A stretch of 64,000 nt of DNA from Biomphalaria glabrata (Eukaryota). Shown here piece by piece: positions 1-12,859 of the stretch. A program made the translations under genes and the position numbers. Every line of letters starts with the position of its first letter. Within the stretch, counting starts at the first letter, position 1. The stretch spans positions 29,860,340 to 29,924,339 of the forward strand of contig NC_074722.1 of the NCBI RefSeq assembly GCF_947242115.1, read 5' to 3'. The notes below the pieces were generated by a model. It did not search any database. It was given only the letters and a program-made list of their open reading frames with translations, and was not told the origin of the DNA.

Positions 1-442
1 TTTTATTCAAGTAACATAGAATAATAGAAATCTTGCAAGTTATTTCTTACAGTAAATAATGCTTCTGAAAACTTACTAACTCGTGATTCGAAGCCAATTA
101 TTACATTTTTGTATCCTTCTTACCATACATGTGTTACTGGCTTTATAAGTAGTAAAAATTAATTGTATATTAAAATTATTAGTGAACTATCAGTCATAAC
201 AATGCTATTTTAAGATCTAAGTTTTACCTGAAATAGTGTAATGTCCTACCCTTAACCATTGTCCAGTCATTAGTACATAGTTTGTGACCTGAACTGATTT
301 GCATTGTTAATAAATTGTATCTGATGAGATAGTGTAGTTCACAAGTACAATTATGTTTGCGTAGGTCAAGGTTATAGTTTCTATTTATAAATTGGAATAT
401 TACAATTTTACGGTTTTGAAGCATCCATTGCTATTTTGACAG

Positions 443-552
443 CAGACAGTGCAACAGGTGAGCCAGAGACTAAGAAAACCAAAAGACCAAAAAAAGAAGA
501 TGACCAAAAAGATTCAAAGAAAAAGAGAAAGAAAGACAAGAAAAAAAAGAAG
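443..552 (+). CDS. Penultimate coding exon of an unidentified + strand gene. It encodes a Lys-rich stretch (…ATGEPETKKTKRPKKEDDQKDSKKKRKKDKKKKK), with acceptor ttttgacAG and donor GTATTT.
   Basis: Open frame that connects in phase 0 to the next exon; canonical acceptor and donor read directly in the sequence. The 5' end of the gene lies outside the window. Confidence 0.3.
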
Positions 553-879
553 GTATTTTAGACAAGTTTATCTTCTTTTCAAAAATGTAAATATAATTAC
601 AAAGTTCATTATGCTCACACAGGTCTTTCCATTGTGTCTGCACTGGACATATAAACAAACAAACCCTGCAAAAATGTACCAGAGACACTCATATTGTTAA
701 TTTCAATCCTTTACCATTATTTCAGTTTCTTTTTTCTCAATTCATTGTTTACTTGTAATTTTCTAGGTTTATAATTGTTCAGTTCAAACAATTTAACCTT
801 ATGTTCTAATATCAGAACAATAAAATTTTGTAAAAAAAAAATATTAAGTTGCTTTGGTATGTTTTATTTTCATTTACAG

Positions 880-930
880 AAGCATAGCCCAGAACCAACA
901 GCAGCAAATGGTACAGATGTAACAACATGA
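880..930 (+). CDS. Terminal coding exon (KHSPEPTAANGTDVTT*) of the same Lys-rich gene. AATAAA lies ~65 nt downstream (994..999).
   Basis: Acceptor catttacAG at 871-879; in-frame continuation from 443..552; stop TGA at 928-930; polyadenylation hexamer downstream. Confidence 0.3.
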   Translation, partial: KHSPEPTAANGTDVTT

Positions 931-2051
931 AATATATTTGTTGCGTGTAAATTGTGTATATATACTTGTTTTTTTTATTCAAATAACTTTTGTAATAAAT
1001 TTGTATGTAGGAGAGTTTAGATTTTTTAGCTGTTAAGTAAAGTCAACTGAAATGTAAAAAAAAAAAATTACAATGAATTTATCTTTTTTTTTTTTTAATA
1101 TATCTTTATTTTGGATTTATATTCTTTCTCACAATTTCAAGAATATGTTAACAAAGATTATTCTTTTTTGCATTAGTTTAATTGTGAAAATTTTGTAAAA
1201 CTATAACCCGTATGACATAAATACTAAACATCTAATTTCCAAATTATGTCATATTGAACAGCCAGCATTCTTCATGACTTTGTTGATATCTTCTCAGCAT
1301 CTCCCTTGTAGATATATATCAATTGTAAAAAAAAAAATGTGTCTTTCTTCCAAATTTTTCAGTTATCTTTAATCTTTAAAAGAGACTTTTGCATTTTTTT
1401 TTTGTTTCCAGGTTAATACAAGTTTTGTTCTTATGTAGAACATGATCTGTATGCCTAACCTGTTTGTTTATTGGGGGTCATTTATCTTTGCTGTGTCTTT
1501 TAAGTTACTGTATGTGGTAGAAAGAAAGTAAATTTATGCAGTGCTGTAATGACAATCTTGTAATGGTGTTATAGTTGTTCAGTCATCCTGCTAAATTATT
1601 ACTCATATTTGTTTTTTAATACATACTTTTTGTTACTCTATGAATAGTATAATACCCACATCTAACCCAAAAGCTACCACTCCCAGAGTTTGCATCAGCT
1701 GGCTGTATGTATGCTGCTAAATCAACAAGAACTACCAGGTCAAGCCTACTACATTGATGAAAAGTATGAGTCTATTCTACAAAGTGTATGATATGTCACT
1801 TTAAGACGTAGTGCAATGAAAAGAGTCATAGTTGTAATTATTAAAGAGTAGTAAACAGTATTGTTGTGTTAGTAAATTAATTTGTGATTTGTATTGTTAC
1901 TCATTGTGAAAAGATGAGTCAAAGAATTTAATGTCTTTTAAAAATACATTTTTGAAAAATTGAAAAAAAAAAGTACAAAAAAAAAAAAAAAAAAACAAAT
2001 GGTCAACAAATCTGTAACAAAGAAAAAAGCTGCTAGATGATAAATATTCTT

Positions 2052-2345
2052 TTATTTTATGCTTTGTTGACAATCATTTGAATTATCCTTATCTTTGTCC
2101 TCTTCTTCAAATGTCTTCAGTAATGCTAAGTCAAGTTCATTAAACTTCTGCTGTAAATGAGCTGGAACCTCCACTTGGTGTAAATCCTCCATACCTTGCT
2201 CTGGCTCATCAGATATGAGGAGTTCACACAGATTTTGACATGCCAGTTTAGCTTTTGGGTCTTTCTCCCATTTGTGAAGTTCTCTTAGTATGACATAGGC
2301 ATTTTTTTCTTTGATAAACAAGCGTCCACATTTGGTGGAACAAAG
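2052..2345 (-). CDS. HGH1: HGH1 homologue, terminal exon (LCSTKCGRLFIKEKNAYVILRELHKWEKDPKAKLACQNLCELLISDEPEQGMEDLHQVEVPAHLQQKFNELD…SIK*).
   Basis: Acceptor tctgtttAG, phase 0, stop TAA at 2052-2054. Aligns with human GAYLILRELHSWEPEPDVRTACEKLIQVLIGDEPERGMENLLEVQVPEDVEQQLQQLD. AATAAA lies just downstream on the - strand. Confidence 0.75.
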   Translation of the reverse strand, partial: LCSTKCGRLFIKEKNAYVILRELHKWEKDPKAKLACQNLCELLISDEPEQGMEDLHQVEVPAHLQQKFNELDLALLKTFEEEDKDKDNSNDCQQSIK

Positions 2346-3266
2346 CTAAACAGAATAAAAAAGATTTTTATTAAAATTGATGCTTTAATTATTTTTCATA
2401 ATTTGTTGTTTTTAAAGCTGTTGATGTAAAAAAAAATACAAAGAATATGTTTGAAATACATAATAGCATTTTTTTTCTCTTTAATGCTGTAATGAGTTAG
2501 GCATTAGTGGTTTACGTGCAAAATGTAAATAAATTTTGTTCTATAAATGGTCAGCATAGCAGATACATGAATTATATGGAAAGAATTTGTCATCAAACAT
2601 GTTAATGAGCACATGAAAAAGTTCAAGGATACTACAATTCAGTTTGCTAAGTTTAGACAAGATGGTTAATATTGCATGGTTGTTAGTCTACGTTTCAATA
2701 TTAAAGCTATCCTAAACGATTCTAGTGATATGTTATTTTTATTTATGTTATTGTTTCTATGTTTAATTCTAAGTCACTTACTATAACTACTGAATAGTTA
2801 AGCCTCATTTTTTTAACCATGATAATTTTAAATTATATTAAAGGAATAAAACAATACAATGTACACTTACAATTCTTTTTAAGTGTCAAAGCAATAATAC
2901 TAATTGATAATGCAAAGGAAAGTGCTCTCTTTAACTATATGTACTCCACCATTCTATTTCATCACATAGTTACCTCTGTTCAGCCCTAATAGCTGGAATG
3001 AACTACACAATTACTAAAAACAAAACACAAAATTTTCAGTAAATAAAACCATTTTATTTATTTAAAAGCTCAGTATCAAACAACTTAAGAAATGGCCTTT
3101 GCCCATTTATAGAATATGTGACTGATATCTTCTAAAAATTTAAATAGAAGGTCATCATTTTCTATACAACTCTGTTTGCATCTTAGTTTAACCAGTCACT
3201 AAAGGGAATAGCGTTTGGCCTATCTAGCAATGTGTATAACCCTATTACTTATGTGAAAATATTTAC

Positions 3267-3457
3267 CTGCATTATAGACTCAATCAACATAGTCCTGAGG
3301 TCAGGGTCCGACTCCCTATTTTTGTCTGGTGGAAGATATTGAAGATCAATTGGCAGCTTGTCCATGTCATCTTCATCTAGTTCCTCTCCTCCAGCTAGAG
3401 GCAGTAACAGTCTTGTCAGTAAGTCAACGTCTTCACTAAGAAGCCATTGGTGATAAT
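3267..3457 (-). CDS. HGH1: HGH1 homologue, exon 2 (DYHQWLLSEDVDLLTRLLLPLAGGEELDEDDMDKLPIDLQYLPPDKNRESDPDLRTMLIESIMQ).
   Basis: Acceptor ttattgcAG and donor CAG|GTAAAT. Phase joins exon 1 (g + at = D). Aligns with human HEWLLGPEVDILPFLLLPLAG…LPVDLQYLPPDKQREPDADIRKMLVEAIMLL. Confidence 0.75.
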
Positions 3458-3948
3458 CTGCAATAAAATATTATCCTCTTAAAAAACATTTTGTCAAGAA
3501 AAAATGTGAAGATCTAAATACATTTCTAATGGTACCAGAAGACACAAAAATTCCAGTAATCTACAATTTATAGTTAGAACATTCTTGGTGTAAAGAGTGA
3601 TAAAAACACAACTGACTGCTGCAGACTTGTTAAAATTGGACTCAGGGGGAAAAGGATTATAATAGGCAAACAAGATATAAATCACCTTTTAAAAAAGATT
3701 TCCCTCGGAGCAGAGTTCCAGAGATATGAAAACCACTAAGACTAAGCTTCCATGACAATAAATAAATATAATATTAAAACAAATGTTTCTTACATATTAC
3801 AACTGAATTCAAAAGTTGTTGTCTAAAGTAGTAACATATATTGTATATGTTTATGTATCCACAGATATTTAAGAATATATATATATATATTAAATATATA
3901 TAAAAATATAATGAATTATAATGCAAATTTTAACTTAAAATAGCCTAC

Positions 3949-4621
3949 CATATTCAAAGCAGCAGTTTTTTAAAGTTCCTATGATGCCACCTCTACGTGT
4001 CAAAGAATCAGCATACTCTGTAAAAGGTAATAGCTTTTGTATTATTCTTTTTTCTTTATCCATTATTATTTTACGTATTTCTGAAACTTGAGTTAGATTT
4101 GACAAAATAAGTCCCAAATAATGGAGCGCTGCATGTTTGTTATAATTTATTTGACACAAAACAGATACTATCTTTTCAATAGTAACTTTTGAATTATCTG
4201 CAAGCACCTGCTCTGCTAAATGTTTAGCACAAGATGGTATTCTAGTGACATTGGAAACAATACTACAAGCCTCATCAGCAAATTTAAAGTCAGGTTGTAG
4301 AATTTTTTGTAGCAAGTCCATTATAAATGTGGATGTAACATCATTGTGCATAAGTTTCCAGGATATTGTATCTTCTGAAGACAGATTGATAAGTGTGAGA
4401 AAAGCGTCCTTAGCAGCATCCAGCTGAGTGTCTGTAGTTAGTGAAATTATGGCTGGGATAAATGTGTTTCCTTCTGCAATGAAGTCTCGTCCTTCTTTAG
4501 AACCCGTCATTTCCAAAAAATATCGAACAGCAATTGATTTAACGTCGGGTCGCGCGGATGGCGTCAGAAATGGAAGCATTTCTTTTTCTAGAAGTAGCTT
4601 GGTTGTCTGGTCTAGGGCCAT
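3949..4621 (-). CDS. HGH1: HGH1 (FAM203/Brp16) homologue, exon 1 (ATG at 4621; MALDQTTKLLLEKEMLPFLTPSARPDVKS…CCFEY, then 1 nt).
   Basis: Translation aligns with human HGH1 (LLPFLAPGARADLQAAAVRHVLALTG; YNARAPLHYLAPLLSNLSQ; RRGGVVGTLRNCCFE). Kozak context accATGg; donor g|GTAGGC. Confidence 0.8.
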
Positions 4622-5179
4622 GGTAGGTGATTATTTTATTAAAACAGTGTTAAATACCTCTATTAATTTTATATGGAAAAAAAATAGTAACGTGCTTTTG
4701 TTTACGTCGCCATTTTTTAATTTATCTAGAGCGTCCCTACTTTTTTATGCAGCCTCATTTTCGTATTTATATTGTATTTGACTTAAATACTTTTTTAAAT
4801 ACAATAGTATATATAAATAAATTTTTAACATAAAAAATATAGAAAAAAGATTTATCATTGCTTTTTTAATCTAGATCAAGATCTAGCTATAGTTTTACCA
4901 GTATACTGAGTATAGTTATAGTTTGGGGAAACTTGTGTCATGCCTAGCTCTTAATTTGGGAAACCACTCTAAATTACCTTTTAATAAACAGATGCATTTT
5001 TCTATACTTTAAAGTCAAAAGATTTTAATAATTTACAGATACACTTTTGTGCAGATTTACAAATCGAAGAGGTGCCAGTGTCTTAGTATGACCACCAAAA
5101 CTCCCCTACAACTCTATAAATATTTACTTCGAGTCGTTAAAAAACTTCCACCTGACGCACAGCCCTATTATAAGCACCA

Positions 5180-5700
5180 TATAAAGCAGGTTGGTTATTT
5201 CTAGATTCTAGACATAACTAGAATGATAACTCGACCCAAGAGTAACTAACTAGATTAAAAAAAAAAAGATTGTCTAGAATGTAGAATATCATATAAAATT
5301 TATAAATGAAATGAATATGTAGATAAGAGTCTAGTTACTTAGTAACTTACTACTATAGTAACTATACTAGTACTAGAATCTAGAATTAGTAGAAGATCTA
5401 CTAACTAAGACCAAGACACTAAGAATACTAACTATATTGTTACTAGTAACTATATATTATATATTACTATATAATAAATTTTTTTAAAGTATATAACTAG
5501 ATCTATATTACTATATATATATATATATTTATAACATAACTAAGTTAAAGATCTAAACTCACTCACTAAACTAATCTTCATCTATCTAGATCTAAGCAAG
5601 CCCTAGTAGAGGTCTATCTAGCGGGCTAGGGCCCGCTAGGGGAATCTAGACTTTCTAGAGTCACTAGAGAGATTAGTCTAGTATTGAGTATAACACAGCC
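5180..5700. repeat. CTAG/TAGATCTA-rich low-complexity block. It is one of many in the window (others around 21960-22230, 22790-22900, 23600-23900, 24780-24850, 25300-25460, 61020-61260, 62640-63760).
   Basis: Dense recurrence of ctaga / tagatcta / actag short palindromic motifs, visible by eye. Confidence 0.5.
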
Positions 5701-8700
5701 TTCATAACAATCATCGAATTAATTCTTATCATAATCCAATGATATAGCCTAGCTTGATAATAAAGAATAATTTATAATTATGTTTACAATTTTCTTAGAT
5801 CTATCTATACCGATATTTAGGTCATAAGATCTATTATATATTAAAAAATGGCCTGCTTCTCTACCACCAAAAGTGAAAAACAAATTGACTTTCTATATAT
5901 GTGGACGGGAAAGTCTCTCCAAATAAGGCTCCACAGCCATATGAAAAAGTGTTTGAGATAAACCATGGTCGTTCTATGACTGAAGGAGGCCAATATATTA
6001 TATATAATATATTATATATTTATATATTAGGGCCCTGATTGATTTATCACTCATCACTAATTCTATCACTTGCTGTGGACAAAAATAGGAAAATGTAACC
6101 TTTACCTCTTACCTTAATCTAGCATTTCTAGGACAACTAAGATATTTTCATGGTCGAAACCACAGCATCAGCAATAAAATGTACCAAAATCAATTTTTTA
6201 TTCGCAATATTGACTCAACATGTTGTTTCTTAAGCCAACATATGTTACAATATTGAAAAGTACAAGATTATACTTCAGCTTTTAAGCATTTTATTTTTTA
6301 TGTGTAATTTCCTTATGTAGTCAACCCCCTTTCCTTTCCCCAACTAAAACTTTTAGTAAAAGAATTTGAAAATAAAAAGTTTGGTGTGTTTCTTTCTAGG
6401 ATCTGATCTTTTTGTCATCCAAAGATTTCTATAGTAGCCCAATTGTTTTGTAACAATAAAAATAGGTTGTCATGTACTACATGAAACACAAAATTGCTTT
6501 ACATGTTTCAGATGTTCCTAAAGAGTTGAAGATAACTTACATCCTAGCCCAAACCTTCCGCAGGTTGACGGGGGTTGGCAGTGGGTAAGATATGAATTTG
6601 GGACTCTGGATGATGGAACGACAGTCCAGCATGCGTACTGCATGACCAGACAGTCATTTTGACTTATTAATATACTTGTTTGTTAAGGTCTTATTCATAC
6701 TCTTGACAGGAAGTTGTTGTTTGTTTTTTTTTAGTAAAATGACAAAATCTGACATTGGAGTGAACATTTTTGCCTACCCATATCTAATGAGTATCTGATT
6801 TTTTTTTTAAAAGTAAAAGAATTTTCATTGACAGAGCATTGTTTTGTGTTTCTTAAGAATCTTCGCATCCTGCAGTTATTGATGAATACCTGGAGTTTTT
6901 CCATGGTGGTAGTGGTTCTCCAGGTCTGGTTGGTGGCCTATGCCCCAGAAGGGACCATAGGCAGAGATGAGATGATGCATTTTTTTGGTTACATTGTACA
7001 AAAAAATATACAAATGTTTACAAAGTAAACTATTGACAATGCAAATAGTTTTATTTGCTCTTAGCCAAATCAAGCACACATGTATCTCCAATAAATCTTG
7101 CTCATTAAGTTACATATTTTTTTTAGCTTGAGTCTTTTCTGCTCACAGGCCTTCAAAAGTCATGAGGATGAAACAGATAAAGAGAGAATAGCAATGATCA
7201 TTGAAAGAGCAATAGAAGATGCTGCATGGGTTTTAGAAAAGGTAGGATAAAGTTATTAAATGTTATTATAGTATAAATTAATGCTGGAAACTTGGCACAC
7301 TACAATTTAATCTTTGTGTCTCATCCAGAGTAAGGGCCATGTATCCCTTTGTGTCAATTCCCAATTATTTCTTTTGGCTTCCTTTTTTTTTCCCTGATAC
7401 TGTACCTTCACAGAGAGCTCTTTTCAGGTTCTTAGAACCATGTGACATAGCCATACAACTTGAACATACACAAATGTTTTGCTTTTTTTTTTTTAATGGT
7501 TAACTTTTGAAAAAGAACTTGCGTTAATTATCACTGGAGTATTTTTAAAAAGCAGAACTGTGGTAGCTATTATATATATATCAAACTCTCCTATTTTTTT
7601 GTTAAATTATGAATTAAGAAAAGCAGTAAGTCTGAGAGGTACCACTTGATCACTTTTTTTCTTGTTTTGGGATAAGCACTGGTAGTGTTTTTGCTTCCCA
7701 CTGCTTTATACCAATGAATATTGTTTATACAAAAAAAAAATTGACATAGAACCAAAGCTTTACTTTGTGTAGATGCTGTCAACTTTGTCAAAATAAAAGA
7801 CTATCAGGTTTATTTGAAGCATGATTATATCTAGCAGGAACTATCTGGGGCTTATTAAAAAAAAAACATAACAATTTATTTGTAGCATTTTAATTTTTTC
7901 AAATCATTCCAACATTCTTGTATTCAAAGTTTTTAGTGGAGCTCTATACTTACTTATTTTATATACTTAATCTTTCAATATTTACTAAAGAGGCAACATC
8001 GGAAGGTCCAGGATATAGTCTATAGCTACATGTTATGCACAATGAAACTTGAGATTTCTTGAAAAACTTACTTTTTCTCCATCAAGCTAGTTTTTACTTG
8101 ACATTTACTTGTATTTATAGTATTTGTAGGTCTAGGCTCAGTTATCAAATTCATCAAATTTTTTTTATACCATTTTATTCCTTATTTTTACAATATTATT
8201 ATTATTATTGTAAATATGAGCTAATAGTCCTTTGTTGGCACCACCAGGATCAAGGCTTATTATTGATATTAAAGATATTGATATTATTACATTATTTACA
8301 GATATTATTATTATTATTATTATTATTACAGTATTTACAGAAAAAGAAGAAGTGACTGGTTCAAGTTAATCTGAGTATGCTCTGCAATAATGATAACTAC
8401 CAGCTCTACAGGCAAATACAGAATTTAAAACAGCCTAATGGAAGATGATTGGAATACCTTCAGCTCAGCATCTGTATTAACTAATGAAATACATTGTTTA
8501 CCTATAGGGCAAGCAAGATTGTTTCCAAACGCTGTTTAATCATTAGTTTCTAACAATACAGAAAACCATCTTACTATTTTTTATCAACATGATAAAATAT
8601 CAAAATGCATGATGTTTATATATCAGTTTGAGGTTTAGTTATAGTGTCTGTAATATAGCATTGTTAAGGGACTAGTATTAAAGATATGGATCATTTTATG

Positions 8701-9559
8701 ATTAGTTTTAAAGCAAACAGTTTGTGAAAATGAAGAATTGTATTACTTTAAATGTCCATAGAATTTTTATTTTTTTTTTTAACTTTTTTTTGTTTGTGAT
8801 TTGTCAATATTAATAAAATTGTCTACCACTTATTGAAAAAAAAACATCCCCAAATTTTCATCATTCTTGGTAATGGATACAAGATATGGGAACAGATCTT
8901 TCAATAATAAAGAAAATTACTTTTTAAGAAATATCTTTAAGAATATATTCTTTATAAATAGCTTGAAGATTGCATAGAATAATAATAAAAAATAATAGTC
9001 AGATTAAAAATTGTTATGTTACATAAGAATATAAATCTATGTCAGATTTTCAACTTGTACACACAAAAAATTGTATATTTTTGTACATTTTCAACTTCTT
9101 TTCAGAAATTTTGTTTATAATTAAATATTTTCATTTAAAACTATTGTTCTTTTTAATTTGTGTGTATGAAAGTAAATTTCACCTGGACCTGATCATTCAA
9201 TTAGATCATGTGCTACATTCTAGGTATATGTTGAAGCCCTTTTAAATATCCCCATCATTTAATTTCAATTCTTAACTGAAAGCAACAGAATATATACCAG
9301 ATACTAGACATTGTACATGATATTAAAACAAAAAGCCCTGATTCTGTTCGATTACTTATGGGAGATTTCAACCATTTTTCAATAGCTAAGCACTGGCTGA
9401 TATTTAGTTAATATGTTCATTGTCCTTCAAGGCAAGATAGAACTCTAGACTTGTTACAGCAACATAAAATAGGCCTTTACATATCGAACATTATTTTTCC
9501 TCGGAAAGTTACACCACACAATGTTCCATCTTAGATCCACAAAGGGATTTTAAAGACAG

Positions 9560-10510
9560 CAAAATCTGAATTGCAGTCCATCCAGTCAGACAGATTGGGA
9601 TATGTTTGTTAACAACTGCCCTGACAGTTGAACTTACCACAATCAATTCTTATATCCAGTTTCTGTGAAAACATGATTATACACAAGAAGGCAATTAGAA
9701 CATTCAGTAATAATAAACCTTGGATGACCAAAGAAATCAAGGATGTGATACTATATTAAAGAATGTTCAAATGCAGTCCTTTTTAATTCATCTCAGCCAA
9801 TAAAGCTCTTAAAAAGAAATTATTTGAAAAAATGTAAAGCTTTTTCCAGAAAAATAACTATAAAGCTTGTTGAGTTTGCTTGAAACAAATTACTGGCTAA
9901 GAGTGTGTTGCTGACAAAAAAAATTGTAAATGAATTAAATGATTTTACAGTTATTTTGACTGCCATCAACTTAATTGTTTGTTACACTAGAAAGTCAAAT
10001 AAGTTCAAACAAACACAGCCAAAGCCTTGCTACCCGACAAATTAGGTAGGAAGCTAGTAAAGCTTTTTTGGGAAAAGCTGTCTTCAGTGGTATAGTGACT
10101 ATAGTCAACAGGTCATAGCAAATGCACAAAATATCTACAATTTGGAAGACATCAGAAATAATACCAGTACCGGGTAACCCCCCCCCCCCCCCCCCCCCCA
10201 AATAAATTGTTTCTAACATTTAATGAAGTGCTTGGAAAAAATATTCTGAAACGTCTATTGGAAGAAGAAACACATATTGACCCTCACCATTTTGCATCAA
10301 GAAGTACCAAAGATGCTGATAGTCTATACCATCATCTTGACATTGAAAAAAACTATGCTTGAGTAGGCCTATATATTATTCTTTGACTTCTCAGCGACAC
10401 TAAAAAAGTTATCTGATTTTAGTGTAAACAAACATACGCAAGCGTGGATCTAAACATTCTGATAAAATGCCCACAATATATAAAAGGGAATGGTCATGTG
10501 TTTTTTGTTT
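9560..10510 (+). mobile_element. Degenerate LINE ORF2 (reverse transcriptase) fragment. It is frameshifted and interrupted by a C18 homopolymer.
   Basis: Translations resemble LINE ORF2 segments: …NKPWMTKEIKDVIL…; …CTKYLQFGRHQK.YQYRVTPP (cf. FP..WK.A.VIPIPKKG); …LKRLLEEETHIDPHHFASRSTKDADSLYHH (cf. QFGFRPGRSTTDAI). Confidence 0.45.
10182..10199. repeat. C18 homopolymer (poly-C / poly-G).
   Basis: Read directly in the sequence. Confidence 0.9.
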
Positions 10511-10770
10511 TTTTTTTCACCAGAATGGATATTCCCATCATTAACTTGGCTGAGGACACAGCCATCATCAGCTTTATCGCAGATAACAACAGTCCGTACC
10601 GTTGAACAATTAACACTTTCTACCAATGGAGCATGACTTTTTAATTTTGAATTTTCATGAAACTTAAGAAATGATTGTATATTTTAGGAAACATTAAGGC
10701 TATCTTGCAGAGATTCATATCAACAACCAAACAGTAGACCAAGTGAAAGAATATAAACATATTGGTCAAA

Positions 10771-12545
10771 GGCGGACTGGGTGTCAAAATCGGCCCGGGC
10801 ATTGTATATGATATGATGGGCATTCAATAGTCTGACGGTTCCCGGACATTTCATCGCCGGCCACTTCATCCCCGGTCATTTCATCCTCTAATCCATCAAT
10901 AATAATTGTAAAAAGTATGAAATTAACAATATTTCATAGATTTGTTTTTATTTACATGACAAAAAGAATTACACATTAATAGATAATAATAGAATATAAT
11001 GTCATTAAAATATAAAAAAAAGAATTGACATTTATAGATATAGAGCTAATGTAAAAATTGTTTTTGCGTGTTAATTGAAATCAATAAGATAATTTCTATT
11101 ACTAGTAGATACAGAAGACGATTCTTTGATTCGTATATTGGTGTACATCACTTGTAATTTCTTGGCCAGTGTTGTGTATTTCTTAAGTTAGCGTTTATTA
11201 GAATAAATAAAACGTTATATCAGAGTTTGAAATTACACGCTCATATTTAAGAAAGAACGAATGACCAATAAAGTGAAAGATGGTCTTCAGGAGACAAGTT
11301 ATCAGCAGCAAGATCATAAGTATTCTAATCGTTCTCATTTCTCAAAAGATTTCCACTACTTCCACCATACCTTGGCCTTTGATCACGCAATATGCGCAGG
11401 ATAATATTAACATCCCAACAACAAACAGAAACAATATAACTAAATACAAACTAACTAAATACAAACTCCGCATTACAATATATCTACTTATTGAACTATA
11501 TTCTTTCATTTCTCAACAAGTCTGAAGAGAGAAGGGAGAACACTATAAAAACTATTAATAACAAGTCAAAAATATAAAAAGGTATTCTAAACCAACTATG
11601 TATATAGCCTATTAGATGAAATAAGGACTTAAAGGCACAGTTTTAACAGCACAATTACACAATGACTAAGAAAACAGAATTTAATTGGGGATGAAATGAC
11701 TGGGGATGAGGTGTCCGGGCATGAAGTAACCAAGGATGAAATGACCGGCCACCAGTCTGACATGTCCTCAAAATCATTATGTTAAGTTTAATAATGTATC
11801 GATAACTGTACGCATGCATAGGCCTACTGTTGCAACTCTAGGTTAGGCACTCAACGAAAGGCATGCAACTCAACACAGTTTAACAGGAAATAATAGTTGT
11901 GTTTATTCACTAGGGTAAACACATAACATGATGATTCATCCTTCAGCTTCCTCAGAGTCTTACTACTAAGTATACCAGTCCTTTGCTATTTAACCCGAAT
12001 GTGGACCAACGACAGCCTTCCCCGCTTCGCTCCAGGTCCCTACTACAACCTTCAGGCAGCACAAAAGTTGGCCTCTTAGTTTCCCAAATATTCAGACTCT
12101 TCACAATCCCTGATGCACTATTCTTCTCTCCATTCTAGTGTCTTCCTGTTTTCGTTCACTAGTGCGCTAGTGCGCACCTCAAGCACTGGTGCAAGGCAGG
12201 GTTACAACAATACAGTGAACTCTATATCATTATAAGAAACATAGGCATCATGTTGCTTTTTAATCGCTAAGTGTGTAGGCTATAAAATGATGGAGCCTAC
12301 TAATAGCACTACGGATGTAGGCTATTACATTATTTTAAAAAATGTGTTAGATTAAATTAGTATTAACCAGTAGAGTCTGTACAAATTAAAAAAAAAAACA
12401 CGACTCTTAGAGGGTTCCTTTTATAGGAGAATATAAAACCTTTAAAACTTTATTACATTCAAGCAGCCCTTTCGATGGCTTTGGCGATTCATTTTGGTAC
12501 CGGCCCACCGGGCATTTTTCCGAATGCCGGTATAGCCAGTCCGCC
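10771..12545. mobile_element. Putative non-autonomous DNA-transposon-like element, bounded by imperfect terminal inverted repeats (TCARRGGCGGACTGG…), with a second nested inverted pair (10838-10890 / 11686-11765; GGTCATTTCATCC motifs).
   Basis: Left end aggcggactgggtgtcaaaatcggcccgggcattg matches the reverse complement of 12500-12546 (…ccggcattcgg…ccagtccgcc). The interior is AT-rich and non-coding. No clear target-site duplication (TSD) was seen. Confidence 0.3.
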
Positions 12546-12859
12546 CCTGATTTTAGGTACAACCGTAAAATGTAAGCTAAAATCGAATGAATATTGTCAA
12601 AATACATTGAATACTTTTCTAACTTAAAAAGCTAGGGAAAGTTAAAATTGATTAAGCAATGATTAGGCCTATAGGCTACTCTTTAATACAGCCACTAATT
12701 ATAGCCTACCTTCGCTATCGTATGCTGGCATGGGCGTTGCCAGGGGGGTGGTGGAATTCAACCCCCCTCCCCCCGAAATGAAATCCCCCCCCCCTGCGGG
12801 GGGTCGGACTTCAGTGACTATTTTAGGTGGAATTTTAATACTAGACCATGACTATCCCC

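Noticed and set aside
4245-4781. + strand ORFs of 60 and 117 aa
   Set aside because: They are antisense to HGH1 exon 1 with no homology, and are shadow ORFs.
9995-10219. 74-aa - strand ORF with a GGGGGGG run
   Set aside because: Translation of the poly-C/G homopolymer inside a LINE fragment.
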